From Thermodesulfobacteriota bacterium (GTDB lineage Bacteria > Desulfobacterota > Desulfobulbia > Desulfobulbales > SURF-16): a stretch of 40,248 bases of DNA. Below are positions 9,239-19,389 of the stretch, piece after piece. The notes beneath the pieces were generated by a model. It was given only the letters and a program-made list of their open reading frames with translations, was not told where the DNA came from and made no database searches. Positions within the stretch are counted from its first letter, which is position 1, and every line of letters starts with the position of its first letter. Position numbers and translations under genes: made by a program. The DNA lies in assembly GCA_039715015.1 (NCBI GenBank), contig JBDLIE010000022.1:1-40248 (forward strand), written 5' to 3'.

Positions 9239-10162
9239 ATGGCTGACAAAACAACCACTATGTTTGGTCAAGACAAAAACCCCAGCAACATCGTACCTAC
9301 GAAATACACCCTGGACTCTAAAATACAATTCCGTTGCCACCCCGGCGTTTCTTGCTTTACTGCCTGTTGCGGCAACATTGATATTATCCTTACCCCCTTT
9401 GACATCCTGCGTCTGCGCAGGCTGCTCAATCTCTCCTCTGACGAGTTTCTGCTGCGCTATACCACCCCGGTTTTTGTTGAGAAAACCGACATGCCTGGCG
9501 TCAAAATTAACCTTGACGAGAACGGCCGCTGCCCTTTTGTTACCGATGAAGGCTGTACAATATATGAAGAGCGCCCCTCAGCATGTCGCTATTATCCGAT
9601 CGGCATGGCTAATTTTCATCAGGCCGGCGACGAAGGTGCTGATGCTGAAAAATTCTTTTTTGTCGTTAAGGAGCCCCATTGCAAGGGGCACGAGGAAGAC
9701 AAGGAGTGGACTATCCGTGACTGGCGAGCCGACCAAGGTGTTGATCTCTGCGACGACATGAACAATGAATGGATGCAGCTTGTCATGCGCCGCAAGTCAT
9801 ACGGTTTTCAGGCTAACCTCAGTGAGCAAGGCCAGAAAATGTTTTTCCTGGTTTCCACTAACCTTGAAAAATTTAAGTCCTTCATTTTTGAATCTTCTTT
9901 TCTCGACACCTATGAGATTGACGATGAAACCTTGGAAAAGATTAAAAACGATGATGTTGAACTGATGTTCTTTGGCTTTAAATATTTGGCCGGGGCCCTG
10001 TTTGGAGCCAAGACCTTGAAGGTTAAGGACGAAAAAATCCAGGCCAAGGTTGAGGAGATGAAGAGCAGCCAGGCTGATCGTGAAAAAGACGCCGAAAAAG
10101 CCTACGAAGAACTTGTAGCTGACCGTGACGCCTTGACGAAACAGGTGAACGAGAAGAAATAA
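9239..10162 (+). CDS. YkgJ/UPF0153-family Cys-cluster (putative Fe-S or Zn) protein
   Basis: FRCHPGVSCFTACC and CPFV...GCTIYEERPSACRYYP pattern. AGAGG RBS. The only credible plus-strand gene in the window. Confidence 0.85.
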   Translation: MADKTTTMFGQDKNPSNIVPTKYTLDSKIQFRCHPGVSCFTACCGNIDIILTPFDILRLRRLLNLSSDEFLLRYTTPVFVEKTDMPGVKINLDENGRCPFVTDEGCTIYEERPSACRYYPIGMANFHQAGDEGADAEKFFFVVKEPHCKGHEEDKEWTIRDWRADQGVDLCDDMNNEWMQLVMRRKSYGFQANLSEQGQKMFFLVSTNLEKFKSFIFESSFLDTYEIDDETLEKIKNDDVELMFFGFKYLAGALFGAKTLKVKDEKIQAKVEEMKSSQADREKDAEKAYEELVADRDALTKQVNEKK

Positions 10163-10190
10163 CATCCCTTCTCTTTCATTCATCCATACA

Positions 10191-10230
10191 ACAAAAAAGG
10201 GACATGGTTTTTACCATGTCCCTTTTTTGT
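10191..10230. terminator. Bidirectional intrinsic terminator between convergent genes
   Basis: Perfect 18-bp inverted repeat ACAAAAAAGGGACATGGT-TTTT-ACCATGTCCCTTTTTTGT with a T-run on both strands. Confidence 0.9.
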
Positions 10231-10266
10231 TGGTCCGTGCCAATCATGCCGCTTGGATTAGAAAAG

Positions 10267-11691
10267 CTACGGGAATTCAATTGTAAAGCGAGAGCCATGT
10301 CCCTCGCGACTTTCCACTTTTATTGCAGCATGGTGCTGATCAAGAATATTTTTAACAATAGCAAGTCCCAGGCCTGTCCCTCTATTCTTGGTGGTAAAGA
10401 AGGGACTAAAGGCCTGGTCCATGGACTCCTCATCCATACCGCCCCCATCATCTTCTATTTCCACCGTCACCTTGTTATTCTCCTGCCGCGTTGCGATCCG
10501 TACCTCACCCCCCCGAGGCATTGACTGGGCTCCATTAACGATGATATTCATGAGGGCCTGGTAGAGTTGATCGTAGTCTCCTTTGAGCCAGGGAAGATTT
10601 TCAGCCAAATCTAACTTTATGACAACACCACGTTTCAACAGGTCGGTCTTCATAAATGATGATGCCTTGCGGACAATATCATTAACGGCAACATCCTTCA
10701 GTTTCGGGGTCTGCGGCCTGGCAAAATCGAGAAATTCCCGAACGATGCCATCCAGACGGGCGGTTTCATCAATAATAATAGTGGCGAGATGCTCTTTACC
10801 CGGCGCCACCTTGACAATACGCTTACCAAGTATCTCTGCAGTGGAATGAATAATCCCCAAAGGATTTTTTATTTCATGGGAGACGGAGGCCACCATCTTA
10901 CCCAATGAAGCCAGACGCTGACTGGCACTGAGCTTTTCTTCCAGCCGTCTTCTCTCCTTGGCCCTTTCTTCAATTATCAGATCAGCGCGATGGACAATCA
11001 TCGATAAAACAATAAAGAGGGCTGCCATGATAACCATAGAGGTCACCAAGATGGTCCCCTGTAGATTTATGAGGGCCTCCAGATCATCTGAAAGATCCTG
11101 AACAATCTCAATGACCCCCATCACAGACTCATCCACACTAAAGGGCTTTTCTTTGCGCAGCGGGATATACGTCTTGATGATACAAGAGACATCAGGACTA
11201 CCTGGCAAAAGATTAAGTAAAGAGCCTCTTAATACAAAAGAGGAGCTGTTCTCACCTGTAATGGCCTTCTCATAACCCTCTTCAGCCAGATTCTTTTTAC
11301 CAATGCGCTCAACGAGCGTGGAGTAAGAAACAATGTTTTCTTTTTTGGAGTAGATGGTCACCGCTTGGATATTGACGCCATGGGTGGCGTTACGGACAAT
11401 ATCATCGAGCTTTTTAAACTGACGGGGATCCTGAACTGCGATTTGTCTATTTTGGAGGGCCAGGGGCAACACAAACTGCTGGAAAATCTGGTGGCTTAGG
11501 TTCTCAGCCAAAACCAAGGTGTATTCTTTACTCCGATCAAGCAAGGCCTTGGTGGTGTAATTCGAAATAATCCAGGCCAGAGCCAGGGTGGTAAAGACCA
11601 CGACACCAATAGAGGTATAGGAGAAGAACTTTACCAGCCTGAAGGGCTTAAGCACGGCAAGATGATCGGTATGTTTTTTTTGATTACTCAC
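10267..11691 (-). CDS. Membrane sensor histidine kinase (2 TM, periplasmic domain, HisKA, HATPase)
   Basis: H-box SHEIKNPL, N-box NIIVNG, DDGGG, FFTTK, GTGLGL. Start inferred at GTG 11691 (GGAG 6 nt upstream), overlapping the radical SAM stop. Confidence 0.9.
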   Translation of the reverse strand: MSNQKKHTDHLAVLKPFRLVKFFSYTSIGVVVFTTLALAWIISNYTTKALLDRSKEYTLVLAENLSHQIFQQFVLPLALQNRQIAVQDPRQFKKLDDIVRNATHGVNIQAVTIYSKKENIVSYSTLVERIGKKNLAEEGYEKAITGENSSSFVLRGSLLNLLPGSPDVSCIIKTYIPLRKEKPFSVDESVMGVIEIVQDLSDDLEALINLQGTILVTSMVIMAALFIVLSMIVHRADLIIEERAKERRRLEEKLSASQRLASLGKMVASVSHEIKNPLGIIHSTAEILGKRIVKVAPGKEHLATIIIDETARLDGIVREFLDFARPQTPKLKDVAVNDIVRKASSFMKTDLLKRGVVIKLDLAENLPWLKGDYDQLYQALMNIIVNGAQSMPRGGEVRIATRQENNKVTVEIEDDGGGMDEESMDQAFSPFFTTKNRGTGLGLAIVKNILDQHHAAIKVESREGHGSRFTIEFP

Positions 11692-13393
11692 AACATACTC
11701 CGCAGCGCCGGCAAACTGTAGTATCACAGGGCTGTGTTGTTTTTCCTGAAAGAGCCTTCATATACTCTTTCCATAAATAGTCGGAATTCATCGAGTGATC
11801 AATAATCTGCCAGCAAAACTGCTCATCTTTCTCCCTTGCTCTGACTATTGCTATCGGATCAAGACCATGATCCTTTATAACCTGTCGCCAGTTCCGACCT
11901 GTCTTTGCCATGTCAAGTAAGGCGTAACCCAAGCGCCTATCCCCTTTTGCCAAAACGGCTTGATAATAAGCGTTGTCGGGCTTGTCGACCTTGAGTTTTA
12001 CATTAGCAAGTGGTTTAAGCTCCTTACGTAGAAATTTTATGCGCCGTTTCAACTCGGGGACTCCGGCAAAACCAGCGTATTGAAAAGGAGTCCAGGCCTT
12101 GGGCACAAAGGAGTTGAGACTAACGGTAATTGTCGTCAGCCGTCCCCGCCCTCTTCCCACCTCATCAATTTCCTCTTTGACCTGACTGACAAGTTCCACA
12201 AGCTCTGCAAGATCATCATCCTTTTCGCTGGGCAGGCCAATCATAAAGTAGAGTTTAAGATTACTTATACCCGCCCCAACAAGGGTTGAGGCAGCGGTGA
12301 GAATGTCTTGTCTACTTAGCCCCTTGTTGATAACGGCACGCAACCGTTCAGAGCCACCATCCGGGGCAATGGCTGCGGTTTTCAAAGCACTTTTCTTTAA
12401 CAGAGAAACCAGCTCTTCACTGAGGGCGTCGGCGCGCAATGATGAAAAGGAAAGGGAGCATTGGACGCCCTCTAAAAAAACAGCCACAGTTGACAAATCA
12501 TCGGCCCGGGCCATCTCCATGCCAAGGAGCCCGGCCCGGGAGCAGCCTTCCGGCATTTCTTTGAGGGCAGAGACAATGGCCTCACTTTTCCATAACCTTG
12601 GGGGCCGATAAACAAAACCGGCGGCACAAAAACGGCACCCCCTGCTGCAGCCACGGCCAAGTTCGGTGAGAAAGAGGCTGGAAAACTCTGTGTTGGGAGT
12701 TAGAAGCTCTGAATGACCTGCTTTATCCGATTCGAGGCAGACCTTCTTTTCAACCGGAAAAAGAGCCCCATTCTTAACCTTGAAGCCTGAAAAATCACCG
12801 GCCTCGGTATAGACATAGCTATATTTATCAGTAACGTAATATCCTGGCTGCACTGCACAGTGGTCAAGCACCCGTCCCTGCCAGCCCTTCTTGTCCCGCT
12901 GAGCACCTGTGAGTTTCTCTAAGAGCTCAGGGAGAAGGACCTCTGCGTCCCCCACGGCAAACATATCGATGAAAGGGGCAAGAGGCTCGGGGTTGATAAA
13001 GGTCGCCACGCCACCTCCAATAATTAATGGCGCCCCTGTGTCTTTGCTTGAACTTCTTTCTCTTGCTAAGGGTTCAATACCTGCCTGTAAAAGAATACGC
13101 AGAAAATTGAGGTAATCACTTTCAAAACTTAGGGCGCAGAGAATGACTGGAAAATCAGTAAGGAGGCGGCCAGACTCCACCGACACAGGAGGGCCTGCAG
13201 TTTCCGGCAAAAATACCCGTTCGCAGACGATATCGGGATGATCGTTTGCTATCTTGTAGACCAGCTGCATGCCGAGATTCGACATGGCAAGCCTGTAGCT
13301 ATTTGGAAACACAAGGGCAATGGGGAGTTTACCCTTCCACTTTTTAATTATGGTGCCCTGTTCCTGGGCAAGTAGCTCTGCTTGGGCCTTCAT
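11684..13393 (-). CDS. Radical SAM protein with N-terminal B12-binding-like domain
   Basis: FPNSYRLAMSNLG, GGGVATFINPEP, CSRGCRFC (CxxxCxxC), LKLYFMIGLP, FVPKAWTPFQ, C-terminal CDTTVCRRCGVC. Confidence 0.9.
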   Translation of the reverse strand: MKAQAELLAQEQGTIIKKWKGKLPIALVFPNSYRLAMSNLGMQLVYKIANDHPDIVCERVFLPETAGPPVSVESGRLLTDFPVILCALSFESDYLNFLRILLQAGIEPLARERSSSKDTGAPLIIGGGVATFINPEPLAPFIDMFAVGDAEVLLPELLEKLTGAQRDKKGWQGRVLDHCAVQPGYYVTDKYSYVYTEAGDFSGFKVKNGALFPVEKKVCLESDKAGHSELLTPNTEFSSLFLTELGRGCSRGCRFCAAGFVYRPPRLWKSEAIVSALKEMPEGCSRAGLLGMEMARADDLSTVAVFLEGVQCSLSFSSLRADALSEELVSLLKKSALKTAAIAPDGGSERLRAVINKGLSRQDILTAASTLVGAGISNLKLYFMIGLPSEKDDDLAELVELVSQVKEEIDEVGRGRGRLTTITVSLNSFVPKAWTPFQYAGFAGVPELKRRIKFLRKELKPLANVKLKVDKPDNAYYQAVLAKGDRRLGYALLDMAKTGRNWRQVIKDHGLDPIAIVRAREKDEQFCWQIIDHSMNSDYLWKEYMKALSGKTTQPCDTTVCRRCGVCCE

Positions 13394-13409
13394 AGCTCAC
13401 AATAAACAA

Positions 13410-13465
13410 AATATTAAAGCCATAAAGCCCACGAAGAAAGGGGAGTTCTTCGTGGGCTTTATGGC
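13410..13465 (-). terminator. Strong hairpin, probable terminator after ftsZ
   Basis: Perfect 20-bp stem GCCATAAAGCCCACGAAGAA (13419-13438) / TTCTTCGTGGGCTTTATGGC (13446-13465), followed on the minus strand by TTTAATATTTT. Confidence 0.7.
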
Positions 13466-13532
13466 AGCATGGTTAAGGCGGAGCAAGGGGAGTTACTCCA
13501 AACCATGTAAAATGAGGCGATGGATACTTACA

Positions 13533-14711
13533 CTAATTTGCATTCTTCCTAATCCAGGCCGGCACATCAAGGGTTTCTTCGTCAAGGGGATTGACGTCCG
13601 TCCCAAAGAGGTTGGCCTGTCTCATCTGCTGAATCTGGGTTGAGTTGATAGGTGCCTCATTCTGCGACTCTTTACGATAATAGCGATTGGGGCTTGGGTC
13701 ACCATTAACGGCAATGGGGGTAACTTCAGCCAGAGGGGCCAGCTTAGCTTCTTCCTTGATGCCGGTGGCCACTACAGTTACCCGCATCTCATCGCCGGCT
13801 TTTTCATCAAAGATAACACCCATGATGATATTGGCCTCGTCATGGACTTCGTTCTGGATGCGGCTGGTCACCTCCGTAACCTCATGCATGGCCAACGAGT
13901 CCTGCCGGGCTGTCATATTGACCAGAACACCGCGAGCACCCTGAATTGAAACATCCTTAAGGAGAGGACTTTCAATTGCCTGCTTGACAGCCTCCTTGGC
14001 CCGGTTATCACCAACGCTGGAACCTGAGCCCATCAGGGCCGTACCCATCTCGTTCATCACCGCGCAGACATCGGCAAAATCTGGGTTGATATATCCTTCC
14101 ATGTTGATCAGGTCGGTAATACCCTTGATGGCCTTGACCAGGACGTCATCCACCATCTTCATAGAGTCCATGAACATCGTAGACTTCTGGGACAGGGCGA
14201 GGACCCGATCGTTTGGAATGGTGATAATGGTATCAACATTCTCTTTGAGTTCTTCCCAACCGGCCTCTGCCTTTTTCATGCGTGCCTTGCCCTCAAAGGT
14301 AAAAGGCTTGGTCACAACGGCCACGGTTAGAGCGCCCATCTCTTTAGCAATCTGAGCAATGACCGGAGCCGCGCCAGTGCCGGTCCCACCGCCCAGTCCG
14401 GCAGCGACAAAAACCATCTCCGAATCTTTTAATGCCGCCCTGATTGCATCTTTATTCTCTTCGGCTGACAGTCGACCAATTTCTGGATTGGCCCCGGCAC
14501 CACGGCCTTTACTCGTTTCAACGCCAATCTGGATCTGCAGATCTGCCCTAGAACGCTCTAAGGCCTGGAGATCCGTATTGCCGGAGATAAACTCGACCCC
14601 GGTGATACCATTCTCCACCATGGTATTGACAGCATTGCCGCCGCCGCCGCCGACTCCGAACACTTTAATCCGTGCCCTGCCTTCACTCTTTACCATTTTA
14701 AAATCTGACAT
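13533..14711 (-). CDS. ftsZ: Cell division protein FtsZ
   Basis: GVGGGGGNAV, GGGTGTG tubulin signature, INPDFADV, C-terminal peptide LDVPAWIRK. Confidence 0.99.
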   Translation of the reverse strand: MSDFKMVKSEGRARIKVFGVGGGGGNAVNTMVENGITGVEFISGNTDLQALERSRADLQIQIGVETSKGRGAGANPEIGRLSAEENKDAIRAALKDSEMVFVAAGLGGGTGTGAAPVIAQIAKEMGALTVAVVTKPFTFEGKARMKKAEAGWEELKENVDTIITIPNDRVLALSQKSTMFMDSMKMVDDVLVKAIKGITDLINMEGYINPDFADVCAVMNEMGTALMGSGSSVGDNRAKEAVKQAIESPLLKDVSIQGARGVLVNMTARQDSLAMHEVTEVTSRIQNEVHDEANIIMGVIFDEKAGDEMRVTVVATGIKEEAKLAPLAEVTPIAVNGDPSPNRYYRKESQNEAPINSTQIQQMRQANLFGTDVNPLDEETLDVPAWIRKNAN

Positions 14712-14820
14712 ATCTGTCTCCCCTCATTGTTTAGCTGTCCCCTGATCCTTTTTGAAGATTAATTAAAACAAATTCTTCTTTTACTTTTCGGCTAAGGTGG
14801 TAGCCCTTGGCCAAACAGCC

Positions 14821-16092
14821 CTACATTACCCTCATAAAAAAACTCTTGATCTTCTTACTGATCTTGGCCAGCATCGGACCATTATCAATAAGGAACTGGC
14901 CAGGTTCATGTTTTGCCCCGTAGAGAAGGAGGCCAACCCCTGTTGCACATTGCGGGGTATTGACCAGATCCGTGACACCGTCCACGTGGCGCGGGTAGCC
15001 AATACGTACCGGCAGATCAAAAATCTGCTCTGCCAAATCCACCATATTATCCAGCAAAGAACTGCCGCCGGTCATAACAATTCCGGCGTGGACCTTGTTC
15101 TTCACCTTGTTATCAATCATCTGTTGATTGATCAGGGTCAGCATCTCCTCAACCCTGGGTTCAAGAATCTCGCCCATCACCCGTTGGGAAAGTTTGCGAG
15201 GCTTTTTCTCACCCACTGACGGCACCTCAATGACCTGGTCCTTATCGATCAGTGAGGCAATGGCGCAGCCATACTTCTCCTTTAAGCGTTCAGCATCAAG
15301 GAGCGGTGTCCGCAAGCCGTGGGAAAGATCGTTGGTGAGATTATCACCGCCTATTCCGAGGACAAAGGTCTGGCGGATGCAGTTATCGGCAAAAACCGCC
15401 AAGTCACTGGTGCCGCCGCCAATATCAAGCAGCCCTACACCCAGCTCCTGCTCTTCCTCAGTCAAGACAGCATGGGCCGATGCTACCGGTTCGAGCACCA
15501 CATCGTCCACATCAAGCCCGGCCTTGTTACAGCACTTAACTATGTTATGAACGGCAGTGGCTGAACCGGTGACAATATGCACTTCTGCCTCTAAACGAAC
15601 ACCGGCCATTCCTAACGGATCCTGAATGCCACCCTGGCCATCGACCTTGAACTCCTGTGGCAAGACATGAAGGACCTCCTGTTCCTGAGTTAAGGGAATG
15701 GCCTTGGCATTTTCAACGACCTTGGCAATATCTTCTTGATTGATCTCCTGGTTCTTAAGGGCAATAACCCCATCACTATTGATCCCTTTGACATGGGAGC
15801 CAGCAATCCCCACATATACCGACGAGATCTGACAACCGGCCATTACCTCTGCCTCGTTCACCGAACGTCTTATGGAGTTCACGGTCGACTCAATATTGAC
15901 CACCACGCCTTTTCGCATCCCAATAGAAGGGTGAACACCGATTCCTACGATGTCCACCTTGTCGGCAAATACCTCTCCAACAATGGTACAGATCTTGGTG
16001 GTGCCTATATCTAGGCCCACCACGATCTGGCCCCGCTTCTTCTCATGCGTGGCCTGCTTTGCCAATTTTTTTTCGCTCTCTTTTTTAGGCAT
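14821..16092 (-). CDS. ftsA: Cell division protein FtsA
   Basis: GLDIGTTKI, LDIGGGTSD, AERLKEKYG, MTGGSSLL (actin-like fold). Precedes ftsZ. Confidence 0.98.
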   Translation of the reverse strand: MPKKESEKKLAKQATHEKKRGQIVVGLDIGTTKICTIVGEVFADKVDIVGIGVHPSIGMRKGVVVNIESTVNSIRRSVNEAEVMAGCQISSVYVGIAGSHVKGINSDGVIALKNQEINQEDIAKVVENAKAIPLTQEQEVLHVLPQEFKVDGQGGIQDPLGMAGVRLEAEVHIVTGSATAVHNIVKCCNKAGLDVDDVVLEPVASAHAVLTEEEQELGVGLLDIGGGTSDLAVFADNCIRQTFVLGIGGDNLTNDLSHGLRTPLLDAERLKEKYGCAIASLIDKDQVIEVPSVGEKKPRKLSQRVMGEILEPRVEEMLTLINQQMIDNKVKNKVHAGIVMTGGSSLLDNMVDLAEQIFDLPVRIGYPRHVDGVTDLVNTPQCATGVGLLLYGAKHEPGQFLIDNGPMLAKISKKIKSFFMRVM

Positions 16093-16122
16093 ATTTGCTA
16101 CCGTACTCAGGACTCCACAGAG

Positions 16123-16926
16123 TTAGCCGTTAAACTTGACAAGAACTCGGCCCTCAAGATATTCCATATCTATTGAGGCCACCGTGCTAAATTTTCGCTT
16201 CTTATAGAGCCAGGCAAGCACCCTGGTTAACCGTTTATACTTTGTCCACATCTTGTCCTTGCCTAAAATCACTGGAAAAGGATTATCGGCAAGATACATT
16301 GTCATTTTTCCCTGCTCATCCAAGACCAGCTGCGAGATGTTTTGTTTTGGCAGATCAGGATTGCCATGACTGGCGTAGCGCAGCATATCCAAAGGCCCTT
16401 TCATTGCCCTGCTATCGGCAAGGACATCCTCATCCGCCACCAGCAGAACCGGAAAATCTAAATCATCTCCCTGATTCACCGGAGCAAAAATTTTACCCCG
16501 GCTATCAATATAGGACAACGCTCCCTCCAGGTGAATCATGGCTGCCGGCTTGCGCTCTTGGATAACGAGAACAATGCCGTTTGGCCATTGTTTGTTCACC
16601 TTTACCTTGTGAATCCAACCCGTGGCCTGGAGAGAGGTCTCAATCTTCTTTTTACTCACAGCAACAAGATTGCTCTTATTGTCCAGACCAGCCAAGGAGA
16701 CTATTTCATCAGCGTTGAACCGCTCTGATCCTTCAACAGCTATGGACTCCACCTGAAAAAATGCACTGTGACAAAGGCTGGCATAGATCCCCCACCCCAC
16801 CAGAAAGAGAACACCGCCAGCTAATACAACTCCGGCCACCATGGTGTAGAGTTGCTTACGATCGGCTCGCTCCGCCTTTATTCTCTTTTGGATAGGGGAC
16901 GAGTATACAGACTTTTTCTTTCTCAT
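16123..16926 (-). CDS. ftsQ: Cell division protein FtsQ/DivIB
   Basis: Basic N-terminus, one TM helix, POTRA-like FQVESIAVEG...WI..V.V.KQWP...IQERKP, C-terminal IDMEY. Sits between murB and ftsA. Confidence 0.9.
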   Translation of the reverse strand: MRKKKSVYSSPIQKRIKAERADRKQLYTMVAGVVLAGGVLFLVGWGIYASLCHSAFFQVESIAVEGSERFNADEIVSLAGLDNKSNLVAVSKKKIETSLQATGWIHKVKVNKQWPNGIVLVIQERKPAAMIHLEGALSYIDSRGKIFAPVNQGDDLDFPVLLVADEDVLADSRAMKGPLDMLRYASHGNPDLPKQNISQLVLDEQGKMTMYLADNPFPVILGKDKMWTKYKRLTRVLAWLYKKRKFSTVASIDMEYLEGRVLVKFNG

Positions 16927-17930
16927 AAATTTCTGCCTTCAAAGCCGAGCAATTTCACCTCTGGCTCCAAAAAAACACTAAACTTTTCTTTAACTGTGCT
17001 CTGAACCATCTTCATGAGCTCAACAAGGTCATGGGCATTAGCGGTGCCCGTATTAATCAAAAAATTTCCATGTACTGGTGAAACCATAGCGCCGCCAACT
17101 CTTTTTCCCTTCAAACCAGCCTCATCAATAAGCTGGCCCGCCGTCTTTCCTTGCTTGGGGTTCTTAAAAAACGAACCGCAGCTGGCCCCCGTGGGTTGAC
17201 GTCCCTTTCTGTTGGCTATCAGCTTCTGGCACGTCTTCTTGATGGCCACCTTATCTGCCCGTTGTAATTGAAAGACACCCTCCACCGCGAGGCTACCCGC
17301 CTCCTCACCCCAGGAACGATAGGTGTAGTGTAATTCTTCTAAATCCTTGACAGCACAGTCACCGTTTTCGTCCATAACCGTTACCGAGCTGACAACTTGG
17401 CAAATTTCAGAGCCCCATGCTCCTGCATTCATCACCAGGGCACCGCCCACTGTGCCTGGAATACCAGCGACAAACTCTAGGCCACTCAGCCCCTGTTCCA
17501 TGGACCAGTTGACCAGCCGACCCAGACTGCATCCAGCCTCTACCTTGACATAGACCCTGTCGTCCACCTCTTTGAGCACATTAATCCTGGAAAAACTCTT
17601 GCCTAAAACCAGAGTGACCCCACACAATCCTTCATCAGCCACCAGGATGTTAGAGCCGCCGCCAATAAGACGGCAAGGAATATTGACTCGTTTTATCCCC
17701 TTCAGCAGTTGGCCCAGCTCTTTAATTCCAGCGGGAAAAATTATCGCTTCGGCGCTGCCGCCAACCCGGAAGGTGGTAAAATTTGCCATGGGCTGATTCC
17801 ACAACACCTCACCAGACCAATAGTCGATCATTTCATCGTTAAAGGCATCGGCCCATACCGGCAGCTTCCTTGTGCTACACTCCTCTGACATGCCATCCTC
17901 TTGCCAACCCAGTGCCACCGCTTCCAACAT
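16923..17930 (-). CDS. murB: UDP-N-acetylmuramate dehydrogenase
   Basis: TTFRVGG, IGGGSNIL, GIPGTVGGALVMNAGA, SCGSFFKNP, HGNFLIN, LEPEV. Start uncertain: 17930 has an AAGGAG RBS; 17891 is an alternative. Confidence 0.95.
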   Translation of the reverse strand: MLEAVALGWQEDGMSEECSTRKLPVWADAFNDEMIDYWSGEVLWNQPMANFTTFRVGGSAEAIIFPAGIKELGQLLKGIKRVNIPCRLIGGGSNILVADEGLCGVTLVLGKSFSRINVLKEVDDRVYVKVEAGCSLGRLVNWSMEQGLSGLEFVAGIPGTVGGALVMNAGAWGSEICQVVSSVTVMDENGDCAVKDLEELHYTYRSWGEEAGSLAVEGVFQLQRADKVAIKKTCQKLIANRKGRQPTGASCGSFFKNPKQGKTAGQLIDEAGLKGKRVGGAMVSPVHGNFLINTGTANAHDLVELMKMVQSTVKEKFSVFLEPEVKLLGFEGRNL

Positions 17931-17992
17931 GATGTCTCTCCTTTTCGATGGCAAAGAATGCCTGTTTTCGCAAAGACTCCACCTGGTCACAT

Positions 17993-19369
17993 TCACTTCT
18001 CAAGTAAGCGTAATAGCTCTTCGCCTGCCCGGTACACATTACCTGCCCCCAAAGTCACCACCACATCACCTTCAAGTAACATCGGCAATGCTACTTTGGG
18101 TAAATCATCCACTGTTTCGGTCAGATGCACCTCTCGCTGGCCTCTTTCTTTTATTGCAGAAGCAAGGCTTGCAGAGTTAACCCCTTCAATGGGCTGCTCA
18201 CTGGCAGGATAAATCTCGGTCAAAATCAACATATCTGCAGCGTGAAATGCCGTGCAAAATTCCTTAAAAAGTGCCTGGGTCCTGCTATAGCGATGCGGCT
18301 GGAAAAGAACCACTGCTCTTCGATCCGGCCAGGCATCCTTAATGGCATTCAGTGTGGCCTTAATTTCTGTTGGATGGTGGCCATAATCATCAATAACCGT
18401 GATACCTTTCACCTCGCCTTTGTGCTGCAAGCGGCGCTGCACCCCGTTAAACTTTGAAAGACCAGCGGCAATGGTTTCGAAATCTATCTCAAGCTCCAAA
18501 CCTACGGCCACAGCGGCCAAGGCGTTATAGACATTATGGAGGCCGGGAAACTGGAGGCTAATCTCACCGAGCACATCGCGGCCACTGCAGACATCAAAGC
18601 GGCAGCCAAATCCCAGCTTGTCAATTTTTCTGGTATGGATATCGGCCTGGGCCGTCAAACCATAGGTAATCACCCTTTTTTTAATCTCCGGCAGCAACTC
18701 AACTATGTTGTTGTTATCGAGACAGAGAATGGCGACTCCATAAAAAGGTATTTTGTTAATGAACTGCAGGAACACCGCTTTGATTTCCTCGATATTCGAA
18801 TAATAATCGAGATGCTCAAGATCAATATTGGTTACCACCTCCACCACTGGCGTAAGGTGCAGAAATGATCCGTCGCTCTCATCGGCCTCTGCCACCAGAA
18901 ACTCGCCCTCCCCTAATTTTGCATTGGTACCAAGACTGTTCACCTTGCCACCGATGACCACCGTGGGGTCAAGGTTCGCCTCGGCGAGCACCGCACCAAC
19001 TAAAGAGGTTGTTGAGGTCTTGCCATGGGAACCGGCAATACCGATTCCGAATTTCTTAAGCCGCATGAGTTCAGCGAGCATCTCTGCTCTGGGGATGACC
19101 GGTATGCCCGCCTCTATTGCTGCCAGTACCTCAGGGTTATCCTTCCGGACTGCAGTAGAAGTTACCACGACCTCAGCTCCTTCAATCCAGGCGGCATCAT
19201 GACCTTGATGAACAACACCACCAAGCCCTTGCAACCGTTTGGTGATATCGCTGCTCGACAGGTCTGAGCCAGTCACCTTATAGCCAAGGTTGAGAAGCAA
19301 CTCGGCAATACCGCTCATGCCGATGCCGCCGATCCCAACGAAATGTATTTGTTTATTTTTCTTGTACAT
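17993..19369 (-). CDS. murC: UDP-N-acetylmuramate--L-alanine ligase
   Basis: [46 protein letters not shown]. Confidence 0.98.
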   Translation of the reverse strand: MYKKNKQIHFVGIGGIGMSGIAELLLNLGYKVTGSDLSSSDITKRLQGLGGVVHQGHDAAWIEGAEVVVTSTAVRKDNPEVLAAIEAGIPVIPRAEMLAELMRLKKFGIGIAGSHGKTSTTSLVGAVLAEANLDPTVVIGGKVNSLGTNAKLGEGEFLVAEADESDGSFLHLTPVVEVVTNIDLEHLDYYSNIEEIKAVFLQFINKIPFYGVAILCLDNNNIVELLPEIKKRVITYGLTAQADIHTRKIDKLGFGCRFDVCSGRDVLGEISLQFPGLHNVYNALAAVAVGLELEIDFETIAAGLSKFNGVQRRLQHKGEVKGITVIDDYGHHPTEIKATLNAIKDAWPDRRAVVLFQPHRYSRTQALFKEFCTAFHAADMLILTEIYPASEQPIEGVNSASLASAIKERGQREVHLTETVDDLPKVALPMLLEGDVVVTLGAGNVYRAGEELLRLLEK

Positions 19370-19389
19370 TTTCTCTTGCTGCCATTTTT

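Noticed and set aside
14785..14815. Hairpin GGCTAAGG/CCTTGGCC between ftsA and ftsZ as a terminator
   Set aside because: No U-tract follows on the coding strand and the stem is short; at most an mRNA stability element.
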